Below are positions 46,619 to 55,412 of a DNA stretch of 64,000 nucleotides, one piece after another. The position numbers and the translations under genes were made by a program. The notes beneath the pieces were generated by a model. That model saw only the letters and a list, made by a program, of their open reading frames with translations, was not told where the DNA came from and did not search any database. The first letter of the stretch is position 1. Every line of letters starts with the position of its first letter. The stretch comes from an uncultured virus (IMG/VR IMGVR_UViG_3300009110_000302) (lineage: Duplodnaviria > Heunggongvirae > Uroviricota > Caudoviricetes), in the IMG/VR virus record IMGVR_UViG_3300009110_000302, positions 1-64,000 of that record; one strand, given 5' to 3'.

Positions 46619-46807
46619 ATGCCGTTGTCTCACAAGGAATTTATTGAAGCTTTAACAGAGATAGAACAGGAATACATAAAATTAAGAAGTAGTGACTCTT
46701 CACACGAAAGAAGAACAGCCCAATTAGCTTTGCTTGTTTTAAATAGACTGAAGAGAAGAATAACAAAGAAGATAATTGAGAAACATGGAAATCAAACTAA
46801 AACATAA
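46619..46807 (+). CDS. Small hypothetical protein
   Basis: ORF with GTGTAA 11 nt upstream. Confidence 0.5.
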   Translation: MPLSHKEFIEALTEIEQEYIKLRSSDSSHERRTAQLALLVLNRLKRRITKKIIEKHGNQTKT

Positions 46808-46997
46808 AGACGGCAGATCAATGCCTCTCGAAAGAGCTTTGAGAATTCTTAAGAAGAAGCTTGATAAAGAGGGCACTATTAAAGAGGTTAGAAAACGTAG
46901 ATTTTACGAGAAGAAAAGCGTTAAAAAATACAGGAAAAAGAAAAACGCTAAATATGCCGCTAAGATGCAAGCTAAAGAAAACGAACTTTGGCGTTGA
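46785..46997 (+). CDS. rpsU: Ribosomal protein bS21
   Basis: [33 protein letters not shown] matches the bS21 pattern. Start placed at 46785. Confidence 0.88.
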   Translation: MEIKLKHKDGRSMPLERALRILKKKLDKEGTIKEVRKRRFYEKKSVKKYRKKKNAKYAAKMQAKENELWR

Positions 46998-47022
46998 CTT
47001 TGTTTTAACCTTCATGTAATAT
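46994..47022 (+). promoter_or_regulatory. sigma70-like promoter, likely leaderless
   Basis: TTGACT-N17-TAATAT; ATG 6 nt downstream. Confidence 0.6.
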
Positions 47023-47028
47023 AAATAC

Positions 47029-47574
47029 ATGGAGAACAAAAATGTTTTAGATAAGACTCGTACCTATTTAGTGGGACATATGCAATACTCCGATGGTAGA
47101 GATTGGAGAGAGCATGTCGAAAAAGAGTTAGAGTCTTTAAACATCACAGTCTTTAATCCTTATAAAAAACCTTTCGTAAAGGATGTCAATGAAGACGAAA
47201 CTGCTCGAACAAGAATGTCGGAAGACATGGTTAATGGTTACTACAGTGATGTAGCCGAAAGGATGAGCACGGTTCGTAGTTACGATCTTAACCTAGTAGA
47301 TAGATCTGATTTTATTATAGCTCATTTACTTCCAGATGTTGCAAGCTGGGGCAGCGCAGAAGAAATTGTTACCGCAGTAAGAATGAAGAAACCTATATTC
47401 ATTTCAATGGAAGGCGGAAAATCCCAAACACCTCTTTGGATTATGGGTATGCTTCCGCATCATTATATTTATGATAGTGTTGATGATGTTTTATCAATGA
47501 TTCACCAAATAAACGACGGAAATAAAGCTATTGATAGCGATAGGTGGAGGCTTTTAAGAAAGGAGTTACGATAA
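47029..47574 (+). CDS. Nucleoside 2-deoxyribosyltransferase-like protein
   Basis: YLVG.M, DWR, FNPY, DL..VD.SD, SWGSAEE, KPIF. Confidence 0.75.
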   Translation: MENKNVLDKTRTYLVGHMQYSDGRDWREHVEKELESLNITVFNPYKKPFVKDVNEDETARTRMSEDMVNGYYSDVAERMSTVRSYDLNLVDRSDFIIAHLLPDVASWGSAEEIVTAVRMKKPIFISMEGGKSQTPLWIMGMLPHHYIYDSVDDVLSMIHQINDGNKAIDSDRWRLLRKELR

Positions 47575-47577
47575 TCT

Positions 47578-47718
47578 ATGTTACCCGATTGGCTATATAA
47601 AATAGAGAGGAAGTTAGATGATTGTAATCATATCATGGAGCTAGGTAGAACCTGTTTAGCTCTTTGCACTTTAGTGCTTCAAGTTGTAATACTGTTAAAA
47701 TTATTTAATGTGATTTGA
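47578..47718 (+). CDS. 46-aa membrane peptide
   Basis: MLPDWLYKIERKLDDCNHIMELGRTCLALCTLVLQVVILLKLFNVI; stop overlaps the next ATG. Confidence 0.55.
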   Translation: MLPDWLYKIERKLDDCNHIMELGRTCLALCTLVLQVVILLKLFNVI

Positions 47719-48125
47719 TGAAAACGGGTTTCGTAGCTAGTTGTTTTGATATGCTTCATGCGGGACATTGTCTTATGTTAAAAGACGCGTCTTTTCAATG
47801 TGATCATTTAGTAGCAGCACTTCAGACAGATCCGACAATAGATCGTCCGGAAAAAAATAGGCCAATACAGTCTTTCCCAGAAAGAATGCTTCAGCTTGAA
47901 GCCGTCCGTTATATTGATGAAATTGTTGTTTACAATACTGAAGAAGAATTAGTTGAGTGGCTAAAAGTGATTAAGCCAGATGTCCGTATTCTGGGTAGTG
48001 ACTACAAAGATAAGTTTTATTATACGGGCAAAGATTTAGAAGAGCACTTAGGTATAGAGATATATTTTCATGATAGAAATTATCATTGGTCTACCAGCGA
48101 GTTAAGGGAAAGGGTATTAAAGTGA
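47718..48125 (+). CDS. Glycerol-3-phosphate cytidylyltransferase-like protein (TagD family)
   Basis: [31 protein letters not shown]. Confidence 0.88.
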   Translation: MKTGFVASCFDMLHAGHCLMLKDASFQCDHLVAALQTDPTIDRPEKNRPIQSFPERMLQLEAVRYIDEIVVYNTEEELVEWLKVIKPDVRILGSDYKDKFYYTGKDLEEHLGIEIYFHDRNYHWSTSELRERVLK

Positions 48126-49282
48126 GAATTGAGCCTGAAATGAAGTTAGATTATAAGGACGTTCTTTTGCGTCCTAAGCGTTCAGAGTTAACGTCTCGTA
48201 AGGACGTTAATTTGATGCGTGAGTTTACCTTTAAGAACGCTGGAGGGGAAGGGTCAGACCCTAAAGCGTATAGCTGGAAGGGCATCCCTATTGTGGCGGC
48301 AAATATGGATACCGTGGGGACTTTTGAAACGGCCAAGGCTCTTGCCCAACATCATATGTTGACTTGTATCAGTAAGCATAGTGATGTAGATAGGTGGATT
48401 CATAAGCTGTGTGGCTATGGGGTTTACAAAACCAAAGAGCAAAAGAAAGCTAATGAAGGAAGCTGGAAATATGAACGAGGAGCAAAGGATTGGCAAAGCA
48501 GAATTTATGACCATATTTGTCCTTCTATCGGTATTAAATATGATCCAAATAAAATGGATGATATAGATTATTTAAACAGTATTCAGTGGAACTTTTATCA
48601 TAATAGGTTCGTATGTATTGATGCAGCGAATGGATATACATCAAGGTTTTGTGATTTTATTAAACGAGTCAGAGAAGAACACCCCGCTCTTATTATCATA
48701 GCGGGAAATGTTGTCACTGGCGAAATGACAGAGGAGATATTATTAAGTGGAGCAGATATTGTTAAAGTGGGTATTGGCGGCGGGTCTGTTTGCACTACTC
48801 GTATACAAACTGGTGTGGGTTATCCTCAACTCAGCGCAGTCATTGAATGCGCGGATGCTGCTCATGGGATTGGTGGGCATATTATGGCTGACGGTGGGTG
48901 TGTATCTGCTGGCGACGTGGCCAAAGCCTTTTGTGCTGGTGCTGATTTTGTTATGCTGGGCGGGATGTTGGCGGGTCATACTGAATCAGAAGGGCAAGAG
49001 GAAGAAGTAGACGGAGAGAAATATAAAACATTTTATGGAATGAGTTCCGACACGGCCATGAACAAATATCATGGCGGAGTTGCGAACTATCGCTCCTCAG
49101 AAGGAAAAACAATAAGGATAAAACATCGTGGACTTATTAAGCATACTGTGGAACATATTCTTGGTGGCTTGCGTAGTGCTTGTACTTATATTGGTGCTAA
49201 GGAGTTAAAAGATATGCCTAAGTGCGCTACCTTTATAAGAGTTAGTCAGCAATCAAACGAAGTGTTTGGAAAAAATATTTAA
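48122..49282 (+). CDS. guaC: GMP reductase
   Basis: [63 protein letters not shown] start at 48122. Confidence 0.93.
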   Translation: MRIEPEMKLDYKDVLLRPKRSELTSRKDVNLMREFTFKNAGGEGSDPKAYSWKGIPIVAANMDTVGTFETAKALAQHHMLTCISKHSDVDRWIHKLCGYGVYKTKEQKKANEGSWKYERGAKDWQSRIYDHICPSIGIKYDPNKMDDIDYLNSIQWNFYHNRFVCIDAANGYTSRFCDFIKRVREEHPALIIIAGNVVTGEMTEEILLSGADIVKVGIGGGSVCTTRIQTGVGYPQLSAVIECADAAHGIGGHIMADGGCVSAGDVAKAFCAGADFVMLGGMLAGHTESEGQEEEVDGEKYKTFYGMSSDTAMNKYHGGVANYRSSEGKTIRIKHRGLIKHTVEHILGGLRSACTYIGAKELKDMPKCATFIRVSQQSNEVFGKNI

Positions 49283-49900
49283 ATGGGCGGTTATACTAAT
49301 CATAAATATTACAATAGCAATATAAGAGGTTCCGCTTGGAATAGGAGTATTTCTAAGGGTTCTAGATCTAACGGTTTTCTACCTAAAGATCAATACATTG
49401 CGAATTTAAAAGCGGGTAATAAATGGGATAATTACGCTTCTTATTACAAGAGCCCAGAGTGGAAAAGTAAAAGACTCAAGATAATAGAAAAAAATAACAA
49501 TACTTGCGAAAGATGCTATAGGGTTTTCCCTTCGGAAGAGTTAGACGTACACCATCAACGATATAGTGTGCGTGTTGGTGAAGATGATGAGGCGGATTTA
49601 GAATGTTTATGTAGTAATTGTCATATGCTACACAATGAAGTATGTGATATAGCAGGTGTCTATAAAGGAGGTGAAGCTCTTTTCATAAAACCTGATATGA
49701 AAGGGAGAATTGCGAGAGCTATGTATCAATATGCGCCTTGGATGTTTGAAGATGTTGATTTCGATCCCGATTGGGACTATTTAGATGATTTAGATTATGA
49801 TATAGTACTTAAAAAAATGAAGACTTTCCTTGGGAAATGGATGATGAACGTACCACAAGAAGACAATGTTCCCGATAAGGATTATTTAGATGATTTCTAA
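49283..49900 (+). CDS. HNH endonuclease-domain protein
   Basis: EWK..R...CERC...VHH..Y...LCSNCH..H. Confidence 0.8.
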   Translation: MGGYTNHKYYNSNIRGSAWNRSISKGSRSNGFLPKDQYIANLKAGNKWDNYASYYKSPEWKSKRLKIIEKNNNTCERCYRVFPSEELDVHHQRYSVRVGEDDEADLECLCSNCHMLHNEVCDIAGVYKGGEALFIKPDMKGRIARAMYQYAPWMFEDVDFDPDWDYLDDLDYDIVLKKMKTFLGKWMMNVPQEDNVPDKDYLDDF

Positions 49901-49945
49901 TAAAATAAATTATATTTAATTTTTAATAAAACTATAATAAATAGT

Positions 49946-50437
49946 ATGAATACTTTCACTAAATGGTTCTTATTAAATGCTGTTATGTTGACAGCCATTT
50001 TTTTTGCACAGCAAAGAGACTTAATCTCAACAATGATAGAGGGGGATTTATCCCATATTTCAGTGCTTATAATGATTTTATACATACTGATGTCCGCTTT
50101 CGTGGGTAGGCTTTGCTATTTATCTGATAAAATAAGTAAAGATAGTAAGATTAAAAGAGTTAAAGAGAAAGACTACTTAACTAAACGAGCAGATGTAGGT
50201 TGGTTTGCGGCAGAGCATTTCTTCTCTTTGGGCCTTTTGGGGACTATTATTGGGCTTATATTAGCTACACAGGGGAGTCTTGATAGCTCCACACCCACAA
50301 GTGAAATAGTGGCGGGGTTGAAGAAGGGTCTGAACACGGCGTTTTATACGACAGTGTGCGGTATAGTTTTCAGTTTACCTCTTCAGGTTCAGCTTATGAT
50401 ATTAAAGTTTAAGTTGGAGAAAAAAGAAGATGCGTAG
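49946..50437 (+). CDS. MotA/TolQ/ExbB proton-channel family protein
   Basis: Several TM segments; LGLLGTIIGL and GLNTAFYTTVCG. TATAAT lies 7 nt before the ATG. Confidence 0.85.
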   Translation: MNTFTKWFLLNAVMLTAIFFAQQRDLISTMIEGDLSHISVLIMILYILMSAFVGRLCYLSDKISKDSKIKRVKEKDYLTKRADVGWFAAEHFFSLGLLGTIIGLILATQGSLDSSTPTSEIVAGLKKGLNTAFYTTVCGIVFSLPLQVQLMILKFKLEKKEDA

Positions 50438-51020
50438 ATTTTTTTCATTTCGGCCATTTATTGACGTTTTATTTTGCTGCTTACTCATGTTAGTAGCGAT
50501 ACTTTTCTTATTGAAAACCGAAGAGGAGAAAACTAAAATGCGCCCACCAAATGTCATCTATGAAGTTGTTTTAACTTGGGATGGTAAAAGCGGTGACGAT
50601 TTAGACCTATACGTTCAGGCGGCTTCAGGACACGTCGTAAGCTTCAATAATAGAGAAGGGGGTAGCGGCAGTTTAATTAGCTTAGATCATGATGCTCTTG
50701 GCTTAAGGAACAATAGTCTCGGAGAAGGACAAGAGGGGCAGATTACGCCCTTTCATGAAGAAGTGGTATCTTTCAGGGGAGTTCTTGAGGGAGAGAACGT
50801 AGTGACTATTCATGTCTACGCAAAAAGGGACGACGAACCAATAAAAGCTACTATTAAATTAATTAGGGTTAAGCCTTTTAAAGAAGTCGTTACGAAAGAA
50901 ATAGTATTTGAATCCGTAGGGCAAGAAAAAACCGCCTTTAGATTTAAGACAAGTAAGACCGCAGAGGTCATAGACATTAACGAGTTACCTGCTAAATTGG
51001 TTAGGTCTTTAGGACAATGA
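50430..51020 (+). CDS. ExbD/TolR-like single-TM protein with a YfaP-like soluble domain
   Basis: PFIDVLF..LL TM with the conserved Asp, then LTWD...DDLDLYV...G..V.F...LD.D...E.V; overlaps the ExbB-like gene. Confidence 0.65.
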   Translation: MRRFFSFRPFIDVLFCCLLMLVAILFLLKTEEEKTKMRPPNVIYEVVLTWDGKSGDDLDLYVQAASGHVVSFNNREGGSGSLISLDHDALGLRNNSLGEGQEGQITPFHEEVVSFRGVLEGENVVTIHVYAKRDDEPIKATIKLIRVKPFKEVVTKEIVFESVGQEKTAFRFKTSKTAEVIDINELPAKLVRSLGQ

Positions 51021-51139
51021 AAAAACTAGAAAAAACCAAGGATTTGTTTTTATTAGCTTTTTGGGGCACCGCTTATCTCTTAAAAGCTATAGTTGAGATT
51101 CCTTACTTGTGGATCAAATCGTTATTTGATAAAAAATGA
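51017..51139 (+). CDS. 40-aa membrane peptide
   Basis: MKKLEKTKDLFLLAFWGTAYLLKAIVEIPYLWIKSLFDKK; ATGA overlaps at both ends. Confidence 0.55.
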   Translation: MKKLEKTKDLFLLAFWGTAYLLKAIVEIPYLWIKSLFDKK

Positions 51140-51672
51140 TTTATTTATTATATGGTCAACCAGCGTCAGGCAAGACGACCCTAGGAGGTCTACTTGCTAA
51201 ACAATTAGACACGCCATTCATCATAGATGGAGATGAGTTTAGGGAAATGTTTACTAATAAAAATTATGGGCGTGAAGGGCGTGAGGAGAACATTAGAAAC
51301 GCAAACGCCGTAGCAACCTATTTGAACAAAAAGGGCAAAAATGGGAATTGGAAGGCTGTTTATACGAACAATGGAGAAAATAGCTGGGAAAGCCATCCTA
51401 TCAATAAAGAAACTCACGTGGTTATGTCTTTAGTAAACCCCTACAAACACTTGAGAGATGAATTGACTCAAAATAATATGCGGGAGTTCCCCCCTCAAGA
51501 GGATGGTTGGGTTCGGAATGAGGTGGTGGAGATATTATTGCGGTCAGGCAGAGACTTAAGGAAAGAGTACCATGTAGAAGATTTTGAAGAGGGTAATCCA
51601 AATTATATTATAAACACAGATCAAGAAGTAGGAGAGAGTTGGGATTACTTGAAGACTTTATTAGATTTATGA
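51136..51672 (+). CDS. Adenylylsulfate kinase-like P-loop kinase
   Basis: GQPASGKTT, DGDEFR, GREENIR, SLVNPY...R. Confidence 0.75.
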   Translation: MIYLLYGQPASGKTTLGGLLAKQLDTPFIIDGDEFREMFTNKNYGREGREENIRNANAVATYLNKKGKNGNWKAVYTNNGENSWESHPINKETHVVMSLVNPYKHLRDELTQNNMREFPPQEDGWVRNEVVEILLRSGRDLRKEYHVEDFEEGNPNYIINTDQEVGESWDYLKTLLDL

Positions 51673-51917
51673 GATTACTATTATTACTATTATTAGTCTT
51701 GTCTATAGGCTGCAAGACCTATTACGCTCCGAGCGGTAAAGCTTTTCCTTGGGGTTGGGGTCAACCTCCACAAATACAGACAAAAGATTATGTTCCTCTT
51801 CCAGATGGGTACGGACACGGGAGCAGCACGCTAAAAAGTTGGATAAAGCTAAATAAACAGAAAGTCCAAGTACAAAAGGCCCTTAATGAAATGAATGAAC
51901 ATGGGAGGAGTTATTGA
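51669..51917 (+). CDS. Lipoprotein
   Basis: MRLLLLLLLVLSIGC signal peptide with lipobox Cys. Start placed at 51669. Confidence 0.65.
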   Translation: MRLLLLLLLVLSIGCKTYYAPSGKAFPWGWGQPPQIQTKDYVPLPDGYGHGSSTLKSWIKLNKQKVQVQKALNEMNEHGRSY

Positions 51918-52004
51918 ATGATACCACTCATAGCAGTAGGAGTAGCGATAGGAATAACGATATTAATATGTATCTGGTTAACTAAGTTCATAGAGCTAAA
52001 ATGA
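51918..52004 (+). CDS. 28-aa hydrophobic peptide
   Basis: MIPLIAVGVAIGITILICIWLTKFIELK fills the gap. Confidence 0.45.
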   Translation: MIPLIAVGVAIGITILICIWLTKFIELK

Positions 52005-52567
52005 AAATTAACACAATAAAAAATGACGTTCTTGATAACAAGGACATGGCCTTTGTAGATAAGATCTTAAACGAAGAGTATAAGCAATATTATCTAGATT
52101 TATCAGGAAGGGAGCATTATAGATTGTTGTCATATTTATCCGAACAAATTTCAGACGCACAAATATTGGACATAGGTACGCTCAAAGGATGCAGCGCGCT
52201 GGCATTTGCTAGCAATTCCACAAATAAAGTATTTTCATTTAATATAGCTCACCAATTACAACTAAAAGACCCTCCATCGAATATAAAATTTATTATTGAT
52301 GATGTCACACATCCACAATATGTGCCTTTAATACAAGAATCCAAAATAATAATGCTAGATACAATGCATGACGGTTCATTTGAAGTTCAATTTTTACAGC
52401 ATTTACTAGATATCGGTTTTAGAGGCGAACTAATACTTGATGATATATATCTCAATCCTGCTATGGAAAATTTTTGGGCTGGTATTCAATTACCCAAAAT
52501 AGATATTACACATATTGGCCATTCTACAGGCACAGGAGTAGTATTTTTTAATAATAATGAAGAATAA
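52001..52567 (+). CDS. SAM-methyltransferase-like protein, paralog of the 30236 N-terminal domain
   Basis: EHYRLL.YLS, ILDIGT..G.SA, LDTMHDG, LDDI, GHSTGTG. Confidence 0.7.
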   Translation: MKINTIKNDVLDNKDMAFVDKILNEEYKQYYLDLSGREHYRLLSYLSEQISDAQILDIGTLKGCSALAFASNSTNKVFSFNIAHQLQLKDPPSNIKFIIDDVTHPQYVPLIQESKIIMLDTMHDGSFEVQFLQHLLDIGFRGELILDDIYLNPAMENFWAGIQLPKIDITHIGHSTGTGVVFFNNNEE

Positions 52568-52570
52568 AAA

Positions 52571-52744
52571 ATGATTAATGAAAGTGACATTTTTGGCGGT
52601 AAGACATGGACGAAGGAGCAGCAGTTTGAGCATGAGATGGAAAGCATGAAGTACCAAATGAAATATACGATACAAAGCTACAGGAGGCTAAAGAAGGGTG
52701 AATGGAGGAAGATACAAGAGTTTATTGATGGAATAGAAAGATGA
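52571..52744 (+). CDS. Small hypothetical protein, 57 aa
   Basis: Gap-filling ORF MINESDIFGGKTW... Confidence 0.45.
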   Translation: MINESDIFGGKTWTKEQQFEHEMESMKYQMKYTIQSYRRLKKGEWRKIQEFIDGIER

Positions 52745-52748
52745 TAAA

Positions 52749-53033
52749 ATGCCAGACCAAGAAAAATTCATAAAATGCAGTTGTCACGGCGAGGGTATGC
52801 TACTTACCAAGTTTGACGACGAAGAAGAAATCTACGTTAGTTTTTGGCGAGAGGGCATAAATCCTGTTAAGCTAAGTTGGTGGATGAGGTTAAAGTTATG
52901 TTGGATGGCACTAACAAAAGGCAGCTATTACGATGATCAGGTTATTCTAAATAGACAAAAATCTGTGGAACTTGCGTGTTGGTTAATTTTAGAATCTGGA
53001 GTATTAGACAAAAAAGATGAGAATAACAATTGA
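52749..53033 (+). CDS. Phage hypothetical protein (CSCH motif)
   Basis: ORF from the track. Confidence 0.6.
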   Translation: MPDQEKFIKCSCHGEGMLLTKFDDEEEIYVSFWREGINPVKLSWWMRLKLCWMALTKGSYYDDQVILNRQKSVELACWLILESGVLDKKDENNN

Positions 53034-53238
53034 ACCATCAAAAGACCAAAGAGGTGAAACGTATCCGTACTCTAAAGTTTCAGTAGAGTACCCACACGAT
53101 GATGTTGATATTAAAACCATGATGGGCGAAGTAGTTAAGGCTGTCCAAGCGTGGGGTTTTGATAATACAAATATTGCAGAATACTTAGACGAAGAATTTG
53201 CCAAACAAAGGGGATTAATTAGAAATGAAAAACTTTGA
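53017..53238 (+). CDS. Hypothetical protein
   Basis: Overlapping co-directional ORF. Confidence 0.55.
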   Translation: MRITIEPSKDQRGETYPYSKVSVEYPHDDVDIKTMMGEVVKAVQAWGFDNTNIAEYLDEEFAKQRGLIRNEKL

Positions 53239-53395
53239 AAAATGGTGGGAAGAAAGCGATGGTCGCCAGTGTGCAGCAGATTTTTCGTTAAAGACTTTAG
53301 CGGTATTAGATTTAACAAAAAAACTCTGTCAACGAGCCTTTGAAGCGGGGCAAAAGTACGAAGCGCAAAGAGTGACGAGAGAAAATGAAGACTGA
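53225..53395 (+). CDS. Small hypothetical protein, 56 aa
   Basis: MKNFEKWWEE...RAFEAG fills the gap. Confidence 0.5.
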   Translation: MKNFEKWWEESDGRQCAADFSLKTLAVLDLTKKLCQRAFEAGQKYEAQRVTRENED

Positions 53396-53936
53396 AAGAA
53401 AAATAGTATCAAAAAAAGTCGTACCTAGAATGCTTGGCGACATTACGGGTAAGATACCATTTTTCAAGAAATGGTTTTACTATAAGCCGAGTTGGTGGTG
53501 GATGGATTTTTCCTATTGGGTTAGGCGTAAATGGCAAAGGTTGACTACGGGATTCGAGCATCGTGAATCTTATGACTATTTTCACTGGAATGCAAAAATG
53601 GCTGTTCCGAGGCTAAAAATGTTGAGAGATAACTTAAATGGCTGTCCATCAGAATTTGCGCCAGAAGGTAAGGATGTAGAAGAGGGTGCCAAAGAGTGGA
53701 AAAAAATATTAAATAAAATAATTTGGTCTTTTGAAAATTTAGATAACGAGCCATCCCCCAAGAAGCCAGACGATTATGACCCTCGACACACTAGAATTGA
53801 GTATGATGATGGCTCTGTAGCCTATGAACCTTTCGATGGCAGAAAATGGGATTGGTCAGAAGCGGAAGAACACGCTAAAAAAGTACAAGAGGGATTAGAT
53901 TTGTACGGTAAGTATTATTTGAATTTGTGGGATTGA
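53385..53936 (+). CDS. Phage hypothetical protein
   Basis: W..IL.K.IW.F and EGL.LYGKYY..LWD pattern recalled from phage proteins. Confidence 0.65.
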   Translation: MKTERKIVSKKVVPRMLGDITGKIPFFKKWFYYKPSWWWMDFSYWVRRKWQRLTTGFEHRESYDYFHWNAKMAVPRLKMLRDNLNGCPSEFAPEGKDVEEGAKEWKKILNKIIWSFENLDNEPSPKKPDDYDPRHTRIEYDDGSVAYEPFDGRKWDWSEAEEHAKKVQEGLDLYGKYYLNLWD

Positions 53937-53939
53937 TTT

Positions 53940-54233
53940 ATGAAAACAGATAAAAAATACAAAGGAATACCCCTTAACGACGACACCCTTGAAGAAGTCA
54001 TGACTAGTGATTTTCCGAGAGTTTATATACATGACGTGAAAGATAACCCAGACGACACCTGCTCTATGGAAATTTCTACCAATAAAGCTTTTGACGAACT
54101 CTTTAAGAAAGAAAAAAATCGTAAGCGAGTTAGCAATAAAGGAATACGGGAGTTTTTTATAGAGCTACTCGAAAAGGGCATAGCTAAAGAAGATGGGTAC
54201 GATTTAAAAAAGGCAAGTGAACTTTACAAATAG
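53940..54233 (+). CDS. Hypothetical protein
   Basis: ORF from the track. Confidence 0.55.
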   Translation: MKTDKKYKGIPLNDDTLEEVMTSDFPRVYIHDVKDNPDDTCSMEISTNKAFDELFKKEKNRKRVSNKGIREFFIELLEKGIAKEDGYDLKKASELYK

Positions 54234-54248
54234 ACGGATAAATATAAA

Positions 54249-54836
54249 ATGAATATAGCATTACCAGTTTTATTATTAGTATTTGGTGGATTAAGCTTTT
54301 GGGTACTGAATGAGTCGAAGCTCAAGTGGTATTTTAAAACTATTTGCATAAGTACTTTCTGCGTTTTTACCATCGTGTTTTGGTCTTCTATTCACACTTT
54401 CTTAGGTTGGCCAGCTTTAGAGAAAGACGTTCCCGATAAGGTTCTTCTGCATTGGGTGATAATCAAAGAGCCGAATAAAATTACAGAGTTTAAAGGCAGG
54501 ATTTATTTTCTAGTAGAGTCTGGTAAATATTCTGCGCCAGACCCGCTTGCTAAATTTTTTGGCTACAAGAAAGAGGATGTAGAGCCTCGTTTATACGGGG
54601 TGAAATATAACAGACAACTGCATGAACGTTTAGAGAAAGGCATAATACCTAAATTAAAAAAAGGTCAGCCTGTTTTAGGAAGATTGTCTAAAGCTGAGCG
54701 AAAAGAAGGAGGGGTGGGAAAAAACGGAGAAAATAAACAAGAAAATGAAGAAGGAGATGGAAGTGAGTCTCAGGAGCAAGATTGGCAATTTCACGAGTTG
54801 AGACCTTCCGATATACAGGGAAAACCAACAGACTAA
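54249..54836 (+). CDS. Membrane protein with 2 TM segments and a soluble domain
   Basis: Two hydrophobic N-terminal segments, LGWP, IKEP, EPRLY. Confidence 0.65.
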   Translation: MNIALPVLLLVFGGLSFWVLNESKLKWYFKTICISTFCVFTIVFWSSIHTFLGWPALEKDVPDKVLLHWVIIKEPNKITEFKGRIYFLVESGKYSAPDPLAKFFGYKKEDVEPRLYGVKYNRQLHERLEKGIIPKLKKGQPVLGRLSKAERKEGGVGKNGENKQENEEGDGSESQEQDWQFHELRPSDIQGKPTD

Positions 54837-54854
54837 GGAGTGTAAATATTAAAA

Positions 54855-55406
54855 ATGAATAGGAGAGATTTCATAAAAAAGGCGTCCGTTATGGGTGCGC
54901 TAACTACTTGGACAGTGACTTGTAAATACGAGGAAGAAGAGCACCACCCAAAGGGGGAAGAGGGCGAAGTTGGAGAGACTGGTTATAACTGGGATTATAG
55001 AGTTTATTGTTATGAGCGTCAGCAGGGTGAATGGATATTCAGTCAAAACACCAGAGGTAGTTTTTCTTATCAGAGAGAATATATGCTTGAGGAAGATAAC
55101 CCTAGTCCTTACGCTGGTTGGATGGACGGAGGTAAGTTACATTTTGTGACACTCGAAGAAGCTCAAGACTTTGTTGATTGTCATGTTAGAGCTAAAGATG
55201 ATACCAATCTTATAGATTCTATTTATGATATTTATTATATCAAGAGGAATCTAGATGTCGTTGATGGGGCAGATACAATCGAAGAGGTTTGGAGGGAAAC
55301 AGAAATAAAAGTAGCTCATTATTGGTTTAACGGAGAGACGGGTAGACAAATACACTGGGTCGCAGAGAAGCCTTATACAGATTGGAGTAAAGTAGAAAGC
55401 TCTTAA
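54855..55406 (+). CDS. Protein with a twin-arginine (Tat)-like signal
   Basis: MNRRDFIKKASVMGALTTW; preceded by GTGTAA-N9. Confidence 0.6.
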   Translation: MNRRDFIKKASVMGALTTWTVTCKYEEEEHHPKGEEGEVGETGYNWDYRVYCYERQQGEWIFSQNTRGSFSYQREYMLEEDNPSPYAGWMDGGKLHFVTLEEAQDFVDCHVRAKDDTNLIDSIYDIYYIKRNLDVVDGADTIEEVWRETEIKVAHYWFNGETGRQIHWVAEKPYTDWSKVESS

Positions 55407-55412
55407 TTAAAA

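Noticed and set aside
47020..47027. T4 late promoter TATAAATA
   Set aside because: It ends 1 nt before the ATG and is better explained by the overlapping sigma70-like promoter and AT richness.
49946..51020. Zorya defence system or flagellar stator
   Set aside because: The A subunit lacks the long ZorA tail, the B subunit lacks an OmpA-like domain, and no zorC/D/E or flagellar genes are present.
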